Virus record (IMG/VR): IMGVR_UViG_3300017763_000002
Coordinates: 62,001-126,000 of that record
DNA length: 64,000 bases
Direction: 5' to 3' (one strand)
Shown piece by piece: positions 35,767 through 43,563 of this stretch; position 1 is the stretch's first letter, and each line of letters opens with the position of its first letter. The notes under the pieces are model-generated. The model ran no database searches and was not told where the DNA came from. It saw only the letters and a program-made list of their open reading frames with translations. The position numbers and the translations under genes were made by a program.

Positions 35767-36626
35767 ACTACAAAATTTGGTATAAAAGATTCTTAGAGAA
35801 TATGTTAGAGAGATATCAAGCTCTCGAAAAAAGCGTTTCAATTCTAATACAAGGCCCGCTTCACGAAAGAATGAGGGAATCTATACCACTCTATTTAGAT
35901 ATAGTCAAAAACCATCAACACTTTCAGCCAAAACTCAAAAACAATCCCTACTCAAAAGATTCCTTCTTAGGTAATTTAGTAATATCTTACTGGGATAATG
36001 ATGACGAAAGTATAATCAATGATTATAAATCTAATCAAGATATTTTTTTATTAAAAAACAGTCAAAAAGAAGTCAACGAACACTTGTACAAAAAAACAGG
36101 TAGGGGTAGCGCTCCATGGGTTTATCAAAATCATTCCAGCTATTACGGAACAAAATCTTGCACAGGACATCTTTGTATAAAAGTAAGAAGTGATGAGTTT
36201 TATCCTAGCTTAGAAAGCTTTTATGTAGATATAAAAAATGAAAACGAAAAACCCGGAGAAGTCGGAAAGTATACAACTTGTGATATTTTTTTTAGAAAAG
36301 ATTCTGTTGAAAAATTTCACCCGTCTGACCATATTATTGGAGGGCCAACTTATTTACTTAAATCAGGTTTCCAGACTTCTCTTTATAGGTGTAAACAAAA
36401 GATACCCGAATACATTAAGTTTCCAGAACAATTAATATGCAGAAGTTTTTTAGAGTCAAGAAATGTAGATGTAAAGGATTATAGATCAGCAGAAATAATG
36501 AAGAAATATTTTAAAATATACCCAATAAAAAATATGCCAAATAGTATCTGGACTTGTAGTTACAGAAATTATGCACCGCTAAAAGGCACAGAGCCTGGAT
36601 GGCTGCACGATATTAATCAAATATAG
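35763..36626 (+). CDS. WavE-like LPS biosynthesis protein
   Basis: SILIQGP; LVISYW; IKVRSDE; SDHIIGG; PEQLI. Start refined to ATG 35763 (ATGA overlap). Confidence 0.55.
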   Translation: MNYKIWYKRFLENMLERYQALEKSVSILIQGPLHERMRESIPLYLDIVKNHQHFQPKLKNNPYSKDSFLGNLVISYWDNDDESIINDYKSNQDIFLLKNSQKEVNEHLYKKTGRGSAPWVYQNHSSYYGTKSCTGHLCIKVRSDEFYPSLESFYVDIKNENEKPGEVGKYTTCDIFFRKDSVEKFHPSDHIIGGPTYLLKSGFQTSLYRCKQKIPEYIKFPEQLICRSFLESRNVDVKDYRSAEIMKKYFKIYPIKNMPNSIWTCSYRNYAPLKGTEPGWLHDINQI

Positions 36627-36650
36627 TTATTAACATTGCGAATTATTATC

Positions 36651-36679
36651 TTGATCTAATGCCTAAAATTTAGTAAAAT
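36651..36679 (+). promoter_or_regulatory. sigma70-type promoter for nrdA
   Basis: TTGATC-17 nt-TAAAAT; the -10 ends 9 nt before the ATG. Confidence 0.55.
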
Positions 36680-36687
36680 TAAAGAAC

Positions 36688-39123
36688 ATGCAAGTAAAAA
36701 AAAGAAACGGACGATTAGAAGATTTTAATGTAGAAAAGATAAACCTGTGCGCAGAAAGAGCCTGCGAAGGAATCGAAGATGTATCGGCAAGTGAAATACT
36801 GCTCGATGCACAATTACAAATATTTAACAAAATTACTACAGCAGAAATAGACCAGGCTTTAATTTTTTCAGCAAGAGATAAAATTTACAAAGAGCCAAAT
36901 TATTCTTACGCAGCAGCAAAACTACTACTCAATTGCTTGTATAAAGAAGTTTTCAAAGAGGGTGCAGACTCAGATATCTTAGGCCTTCAATACAAAAAAA
37001 GCTTCGTACAAAATATTAAATTTTTAGTAAAAAGCCAAAGGCTTAGCAAAGAAATGCTAGACTTTGATTTGAAAATGCTTTCTGAAGCTTTGGTTATATC
37101 TAGAGATAATAATTTTAAATATCTAGGCATTAAAACTTTACATGATAGGTATTTTATTAGAGATGAAAACAAAATAATGGAATCCCCCCAAGGCTTTTGG
37201 ATGAGAGTTGCTATGGGAATTTCTATAAACGAAAAAAATAAAAATGAAAAAGCTATAGAATTTTATAACTTAATGTCACAATTTCTATACACTCCATCAA
37301 CACCCACGCTATTTAATAGTGGCTCAGTAAGATCTCAATTAAGTTCTTGTTACCTTAACACTTTTGACGATAGCATAGATGGTATATTTGATGGGGCTTG
37401 GCAAGAAGCTAGAAAATCAAAGTATGCTGGAGGTCTTGGGTTAGATGTTACTCCATTCAGATCTACTGGATCACACATCAAAGGAACAAATGGAATCTCT
37501 AGCGGTCTAGTCCCTTGGTTAAAAATTTATAATGATTTATTAGTTGCAGTAAACCAAGGAGGAAAAAGACCTGGAGCAGGGTGTGCGTATTTAGAACCTT
37601 GGCACTTAGACTTTGAAGATTTCTTGAATCTAAGAAGAAATACTGGAGACGAAAGACTACGCTGTCACGATATGAATACTGCATCTTGGATACCCGATGA
37701 ATTCATGAGGAGAGTTAAAAACGATGACGTTTGGTATTTCTTCGACCCTAAAGAGTCTGGCCTGCATGATTGTTTTGGTGAAGAGTTTGATAATAAATAT
37801 AATGATCTTTGTGATAAAGCAGAAGATGGTTTAGTTAAAAATTATAGAACAACTACCGCAAAAGAATTGTGGAAAAAAATGCTAAAAGTTTTGTTCGAAA
37901 CCTCCCATCCATGGAATACATTTAAAGACCCTTGTAATATTAGATATACAAATCAACACCAAGGGGTCGTCCATAGCTCAAACTTATGCACAGAAATAAC
38001 GCTTCACACCAAAGCTTCAACTTACGATAAAGGAGAAAAACAAGATACAGGAGAAACTGCAGTCTGCAACCTCGGGTCTATTAATCTAGTAAACCACATC
38101 AGAGAAATGATAAACTCAGAAGGATCTCCCACATTCAGCATTAACTGGACCCAATTTGCCGAGACAACAAAAACAGCAATTAGAATGTTAGATAATGTAA
38201 TAGATTTGAATTTCTATCCCACAAAAGAATCTGAAAAATCCAACATACAACACCGACCAATAGGCTTAGGCATGATGGGTCTTCATGATATACTTCACAT
38301 ACTCAATATACGCATAGACTCTAAAGAGGCCGTAGATTTCAGTGATAAATTATTTGAGTCTTATAGCAGACATGCAATTTCTGCCAGCTGTGACTTAGCT
38401 TCAGAACGCGGAGCGTACAATACTTACTCTGGATCACTCTGGGATCAAAACGTCTTTCCTATTGATAGCTATAACCAATTAATGCAGTATAGAAAAAAAG
38501 ATCAAGTAGAAGAAAATGAAAATGCCTGGGAAGAAGTAAGGAATAATGTTAAAAAATATGGAATGAGAAACTCAAACGTTATGGCAATAGCTCCTACAGC
38601 AACTATTGGCTATATTAACGGAGTAGAGCAAAGCATTGAACCTAACTTCTCAACTCTATTTGTATACGAAAACAAATCTGGAAACTTTTATATAATCAAT
38701 CAATACTTTGTTTCAGATATGAAAAAATTAAATCTGTGGAACCAAGACATGGCTGACTTAGTAAAAAGCGTAGACGGAGACCTTTCAATGTTAAACGGAG
38801 AAATACCTCAAGATATCAAAGATAAATATAAAACAGTTTTTGACAGGGATATGTTCTCCTTAATAGAATCTAATGCAGCAAGACAGAAGTGGATGGATCA
38901 ATCAATTAGCTTTAATTTATACAACAAAGAAACTTCTTTAAAATACCTTAATGATATATATATGGAATGCTGGGAAAAAGGACTTAAGACAACTTATTAC
39001 TTAAGAAATAGAGCAGCCACAAAAGTAGAAAAATCTACAGAAGAATCCAAGAAAGAAGAAAAGATTGAATCTTGCAGCATAGAAGCTATGAAAAATGGTG
39101 AAGCTTGCGAAAGCTGTCAATAA
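36688..39123 (+). CDS. nrdA: Ribonucleotide reductase class I alpha subunit with ATP cone
   Basis: ATP cone VKKRNGRLE; PSTPTLFN; SSCY; SNLCTEI; VCNLGS; APTATI; TTYYLR; C-terminal CESC. Confidence 0.95.
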   Translation: MQVKKRNGRLEDFNVEKINLCAERACEGIEDVSASEILLDAQLQIFNKITTAEIDQALIFSARDKIYKEPNYSYAAAKLLLNCLYKEVFKEGADSDILGLQYKKSFVQNIKFLVKSQRLSKEMLDFDLKMLSEALVISRDNNFKYLGIKTLHDRYFIRDENKIMESPQGFWMRVAMGISINEKNKNEKAIEFYNLMSQFLYTPSTPTLFNSGSVRSQLSSCYLNTFDDSIDGIFDGAWQEARKSKYAGGLGLDVTPFRSTGSHIKGTNGISSGLVPWLKIYNDLLVAVNQGGKRPGAGCAYLEPWHLDFEDFLNLRRNTGDERLRCHDMNTASWIPDEFMRRVKNDDVWYFFDPKESGLHDCFGEEFDNKYNDLCDKAEDGLVKNYRTTTAKELWKKMLKVLFETSHPWNTFKDPCNIRYTNQHQGVVHSSNLCTEITLHTKASTYDKGEKQDTGETAVCNLGSINLVNHIREMINSEGSPTFSINWTQFAETTKTAIRMLDNVIDLNFYPTKESEKSNIQHRPIGLGMMGLHDILHILNIRIDSKEAVDFSDKLFESYSRHAISASCDLASERGAYNTYSGSLWDQNVFPIDSYNQLMQYRKKDQVEENENAWEEVRNNVKKYGMRNSNVMAIAPTATIGYINGVEQSIEPNFSTLFVYENKSGNFYIINQYFVSDMKKLNLWNQDMADLVKSVDGDLSMLNGEIPQDIKDKYKTVFDRDMFSLIESNAARQKWMDQSISFNLYNKETSLKYLNDIYMECWEKGLKTTYYLRNRAATKVEKSTEESKKEEKIESCSIEAMKNGEACESCQ

Positions 39124-39127
39124 ATGC

Positions 39128-39156
39128 TTGACATTAATTTTATTATAGTATATAAT
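39128..39156 (+). promoter_or_regulatory. Perfect sigma70 consensus promoter
   Basis: TTGACA-17 nt-TATAAT. Confidence 0.85.
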
Positions 39157-39172
39157 TTATAGCTAATAAACT

Positions 39173-39709
39173 ATGAATCTAAGTCTATATAAACCAAACA
39201 GTAAGAATACTGGGTGCGCTTTTAATTTTAGTATTGGTCAAGGATCTAAAAACCTTCCTGCACTTTATGTCAGCGCTATTCAGCAGCATAGCTGGGACTC
39301 TAAAACCAAAAAAGGTAGTTTCTCAGAGAGTAAAGAAGATCCTAATAAAAACATCAATGTTAAGTTCAATGAGTGGGAGGTAGGATCAATGATTTCTGCC
39401 TTTAACAATCGTCACGAATACTCAGCGTATCATACTTTTGATGAAAATTCTACAACAATCAAACTAACCCCTTGGGATAAAGTAACCAAGTCTGGGGATA
39501 AAAGCATTACTCTTCCAGCTTTTGGAGTAGTATTTACCAGAAACGGCAATCAACAATTTAGACTACCATTAGAGCCCGGAGAAGTAGAAGCTCTTAAAAT
39601 ATTTTTTAAAAAATATCTCGAAGAATACATATTAGCAACTCGACAGAATTATAAACAAAACAATACAAAAACAAAAAGCGTTACAGACTCAGATGAAGCG
39701 CCTTTTTGA
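39173..39709 (+). CDS. Hypothetical protein with an SSB-like acidic C-terminal tip
   Basis: 178 aa beta/alpha protein ending TDSDEAPF; downstream of a consensus sigma70 promoter. Confidence 0.65.
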   Translation: MNLSLYKPNSKNTGCAFNFSIGQGSKNLPALYVSAIQQHSWDSKTKKGSFSESKEDPNKNINVKFNEWEVGSMISAFNNRHEYSAYHTFDENSTTIKLTPWDKVTKSGDKSITLPAFGVVFTRNGNQQFRLPLEPGEVEALKIFFKKYLEEYILATRQNYKQNNTKTKSVTDSDEAPF

Positions 39710-41655
39710 TGAATAAAAAAAAGATACTATTTCATAGTAATTCATCTAAAGCTTTAACTGGTTTTGGAAAAAACGCTAGAAACATATTATCTTATCTATA
39801 CTTAACAGAAAAATATGATATTGTAGAAATATCCAACGGCATACAAGAGAACGATCCAAAGTTAAATCTTATGCCGTGGAAGTGTTTAGGTGGGATTCCC
39901 TCTGACCCAGATTCAATAAATAGAATCAAGACTGATAGTAGTTTTAAATCTAAAGCGCTTTATGGTGGATTAAGAATAAAAGAAATAATAGAAGAAGAAA
40001 AACCTGATGTTTACATTGGTTCGGAAGATATATGGGCTTTTTCAGACTGGTGGAATAGTAGGTGGTGGAAAAAAATAAACACTATTCTCTGGACTACCAT
40101 TGACTCTGTGCCAATTCTACCTGCAGCTATAGATGGTTACGAAAATTCAACTCATTTTTTTACTTGGTCTAAGTTTGCAGCAAAAGAAATGGTTAATTCT
40201 GGATGCGCAGAAGTATCACACCTTCACGGGCCAGTAGACTGTAAAAATTTTTATAAATTAAATAAAGACAAAAAAAATAAAATAAGAGAATCTTTCAATA
40301 TAAGTAGCGATACTTTTATTATCGGGTTTGTTTTTAGAAACCAATTACGCAAAACTGTACCAAACTTACTAGACGGCTTTAAAAAGTTTAAAGAAAAATC
40401 TCAATCAAACGCTAAACTCTTATTACATACTAATTGGCAAGAAGGTTGGGATATACCAAAACTACTAAAAGAAAAAGGTATAGCTAACAACGAAATATTA
40501 ACAACTTATTATTGCAAAAAATGCAAAAAATATGAAATAAAACCTTTTGCGTCAGATGAAAAATCTAAAGGTGAAAACTTAACCTGCCCCTTTTGCTTTT
40601 CAAAAAAATCTCAAAACACAATAAGTATTGATGCTGGTCTATCAGAGTCTCAGTTAAATGAGATATATAATGTAATGGATGTATATTGCCACCCTTTTAC
40701 CAGTGGTGGGCAAGAAATACCTATACAAGAAGCTAAGCTTTGCGGCTTGATTACCTTAGTTACAAATTACAGTTGTGGAGAAGACTGTGCGCACAAAGAT
40801 TCTGGAGGCATACCTTTAAAATGGAATGAATATCGGGAGCCAGGAACCCAGTTCATCAAGGCTAGCACCTGCCCAAATAGTATCTGCAGTAGCTTACTCA
40901 AGGTATATGTAATGAGTGAAGAAGAAAAAAATAAAATGTCAGAACAAGCAATTAATTTTGTATTAAAAAACTATTCCATCGAAAATACTTGCAATAAACT
41001 AATGAGCTTTATAGATGAATATAAAAAAGTCGATTGGGATTTTAAAATATCTAAACTTAAACCTGATATATCCTACGCAATGCCCACTAAATGTAGCGAC
41101 AAAGACTTTATATTAAATATATACAGCAACATGCTCAAGATGGAAATTAGTGAAAAAAATAAAATATATAAATTTTTACTAGAAAAATTAAAATCTGGTA
41201 CAAAACGAGAGCAACTCTTCCAAGCTCTCAAAAAAACCGCAACACAAGAATTAGAACAGCTTTCAAAAACAAACAAAAGCCTTGAAGAAGTATTGTTAGA
41301 AGATAAAGAAAGTAAAAAAATAGCTATCGTCTTACCGAAAAGTATTGGAGATGTTTTCCTATCTACATCTTTATTTCCAGAGATAAGAAAAAATTATCCA
41401 GACTACAAAATATATTATGTAACCAACCCAGAATTTTTTAGCATACTAGAAGGCAACCCATATATACATAAAGTATTACCCTATACCTATCAATTTTTAG
41501 ATTCTCTGTATCTCGAAGGATTCTCTAATCGTACAGACAGAAAGGATCATGATGGCTTCTTTGACATATCAATCCTACTCAATACACACACACAAAGAAT
41601 ACCTAATTATACCAGAAACGGAATTGATAAAATAGGGATAGAATTATGCACTTAA
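39706..41655 (+). CDS. GT4-like glycosyltransferase with a CxxC..CxxC insert, fused to a GT9 N-terminal lobe
   Basis: TGFGKNA; GFVFRNQLRK; CKKC..CPFC; HPFTSGGQEIPIQEAKLCG. C-terminus KKIAIVLPKSIGDVFLSTSLFPEIRKNYPDYKIYYVT..LEGNPYIHKV. Confidence 0.75.
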   Translation: MMNKKKILFHSNSSKALTGFGKNARNILSYLYLTEKYDIVEISNGIQENDPKLNLMPWKCLGGIPSDPDSINRIKTDSSFKSKALYGGLRIKEIIEEEKPDVYIGSEDIWAFSDWWNSRWWKKINTILWTTIDSVPILPAAIDGYENSTHFFTWSKFAAKEMVNSGCAEVSHLHGPVDCKNFYKLNKDKKNKIRESFNISSDTFIIGFVFRNQLRKTVPNLLDGFKKFKEKSQSNAKLLLHTNWQEGWDIPKLLKEKGIANNEILTTYYCKKCKKYEIKPFASDEKSKGENLTCPFCFSKKSQNTISIDAGLSESQLNEIYNVMDVYCHPFTSGGQEIPIQEAKLCGLITLVTNYSCGEDCAHKDSGGIPLKWNEYREPGTQFIKASTCPNSICSSLLKVYVMSEEEKNKMSEQAINFVLKNYSIENTCNKLMSFIDEYKKVDWDFKISKLKPDISYAMPTKCSDKDFILNIYSNMLKMEISEKNKIYKFLLEKLKSGTKREQLFQALKKTATQELEQLSKTNKSLEEVLLEDKESKKIAIVLPKSIGDVFLSTSLFPEIRKNYPDYKIYYVTNPEFFSILEGNPYIHKVLPYTYQFLDSLYLEGFSNRTDRKDHDGFFDISILLNTHTQRIPNYTRNGIDKIGIELCT

Positions 41656-42809
41656 TAGAAAATTACGCGTTAAATGCAGGGGTAAAAATAGATCGACCTT
41701 TTATCGATCCTTCTTTCTTTCCAGTGCCCTCAGATAATTATATTACTATACATTGCTCTTCAGGAATGCAGTCTAAAAACTTTGATTATTATGAAGACGT
41801 AGTAAGATTAATAAAACCATATTTAGACGACAAAGGTATAGATATTTTTCAAATAGGTTTAGAAGGGGAGCCTATCATTAACAATGCAAACACTTTATTA
41901 GGACAAACAAACATCAGGCAAGCGGCATATGTAATCAAGAACTCAAAGCTTCATTTAGGAAACGATTCTTTTGCATGTCATTTTGCTAGCCACTTTGATA
42001 TACCCATTGTAGCACTATATGGTCCAGCAGTCAAAGAGACCTGTAAACCTTATTGGGGAGACAAGTCTAAGCACATACTACTTGAGCCAGAACTAAAAGG
42101 GTTTAAGCCGTCTTATAGCGCACAAGAAAGAACGAAAAGAGTAAACACTATATGCACTTTCAAAATCGCTTCCGCAGTATTAGACTTACTTCACATTAAA
42201 CACAATATAAACAATAAACAAATTTTCATTGGAGATAGTTATCATTTACCAACAATTGATGTAGTACCAAACTTCGATCGTTCTAATAAAAAAGAGCTAG
42301 ACGAAATTAACGGCATTAATATAAGGCTCGATTATGAAGAAGACAATTCATATATAGAACAATGGTTATCATCCAATCCTGTAAATATTTATATTAATTC
42401 TCATAAACAATTAGATTATATTAAAAAATACATTGATAATATAAAACAAATCCATGTTACGCTAGACTTAAATTCAATTGACTCCCTAGCAGCAGAGGTC
42501 TACTCCCTCAACAAACCATGCTTCTTTTATAGCAAAAATAATAAAGACCTCTCAAAGGTTAGAATTAAATTTTTTGATGTAGATGTTATGGCTCTAGACT
42601 CTAAACAAGAAAATTACCTTGACATTTCTAAAGAAATATGCGATAATTACTTTCAATCATCACTTAAACTATATTCAAATAATAAAATATATCCATGCAA
42701 AGCATATCTAAATATCGACAAAAGCCCCAGCGACAAACAAAAATGCTTAAGTACAGATGACTTTTATACAGAACTAGTATTCTTTAAAATTTATAAAACA
42801 AATGACTAA
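41646..42809 (+). CDS. GT9 C-terminal lobe plus additional domain
   Basis: MHLIENYA (interlobe linker-like); YITIHCSSG..SK; IFQIG; TNIRQAAYVIKNSKLHLGNDSFACHFASHFDIPIVALYGP. Confidence 0.7.
   Translation: MHLIENYALNAGVKIDRPFIDPSFFPVPSDNYITIHCSSGMQSKNFDYYEDVVRLIKPYLDDKGIDIFQIGLEGEPIINNANTLLGQTNIRQAAYVIKNSKLHLGNDSFACHFASHFDIPIVALYGPAVKETCKPYWGDKSKHILLEPELKGFKPSYSAQERTKRVNTICTFKIASAVLDLLHIKHNINNKQIFIGDSYHLPTIDVVPNFDRSNKKELDEINGINIRLDYEEDNSYIEQWLSSNPVNIYINSHKQLDYIKKYIDNIKQIHVTLDLNSIDSLAAEVYSLNKPCFFYSKNNKDLSKVRIKFFDVDVMALDSKQENYLDISKEICDNYFQSSLKLYSNNKIYPCKAYLNIDKSPSDKQKCLSTDDFYTELVFFKIYKTND
42619..42647 (+). promoter_or_regulatory. Intragenic sigma70-type promoter
   Basis: TTGACA-17 nt-GATAAT with TGn, inside the upstream CDS, about 155 nt before the ATG at 42802. 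Confidence 0.5.
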
Positions 42810-43563
42810 AACAAAAACAGCAAAATTAGGCCCAGACATGTTTTCCAGAGATGAAAACGGTTTACTAAGTAATTCAGATTACCATTTTAATGAAGATGGA
42901 TCTGTAAATTGGAGGTCTATGATACAAAACGAACATTTATTTCCAAACAGAGATTGGTTTAAAACTAGAAGCCAAACCATGCCCAGGACAGTAGAAGGAC
43001 TAAAGGATCATCAACTCTTAATTAAACTTAGCGGTATCAAAGAGCTCGCAAGACTAAGAGGATTTAAATCAATTAATTATAAAGTAGTAAAGTGTGAACA
43101 AGATCACGTCGCAGTAATTTGTGAAATCGCTTTTCTTCCAAACTATGAAACCGGAGGTGAAGAGGTGGTTTTTCAAGACATGGCCAATGCTACCATTCAC
43201 AACACTAGTGATTTTGGCCAAATCTTTTTAGAAACGATTGCATGCAATCGTGCGTTTGTTCGCTGCGTAAGAAACTTTTTAAATATTCACATTGTGGGGG
43301 ATGATGAAATCAATAAAAACAATGGTAAGACCAACCCAAATTTAACCAAAGATTCTAGCCCAAGCTCAATATCTCCATCAGAAATATTAAAAACTAGTGC
43401 TTCTAATAAAATGAATTGCTCTGATTTTGAAGACTTCAAGCAAGTTCTTAGAGACTGGTGGAGAGAAGAAAAGTATAGACACGAACAAGCTTCAGCATGG
43501 GAAGATTGGAGTGATATACCTGCCTCAGAACTAAGAGTTTTACTTAAGCTTATCAACGGCTAA
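42802..43563 (+). CDS. Putative single-strand annealing recombinase (Rad52/ERF/RecT-like)
   Basis: LLIKLSGIKELAR..HVAVICEI..DMANAT..LETIACNRAFVRCVRNFLNI..DEI matches the AETRAxxRAxRxxLGI...EE pattern. Confidence 0.5.
   Translation: MTKTKTAKLGPDMFSRDENGLLSNSDYHFNEDGSVNWRSMIQNEHLFPNRDWFKTRSQTMPRTVEGLKDHQLLIKLSGIKELARLRGFKSINYKVVKCEQDHVAVICEIAFLPNYETGGEEVVFQDMANATIHNTSDFGQIFLETIACNRAFVRCVRNFLNIHIVGDDEINKNNGKTNPNLTKDSSPSSISPSEILKTSASNKMNCSDFEDFKQVLRDWWREEKYRHEQASAWEDWSDIPASELRVLLKLING

Noticed and set aside
2445-39123. Inteins or introns in DnaB, RecA, NrdA or NrdB
   Set aside because: Lengths are normal, motifs are contiguous, and no C/S...HN splice junctions or LAGLIDADG/HNH inserts were seen.
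41628-41655. Programmed -1 frameshift joining the two GT9 halves
   Set aside because: No X XXY YYZ heptamer or downstream structure was seen, and the -1 frame is open for only five codons before the ATG.
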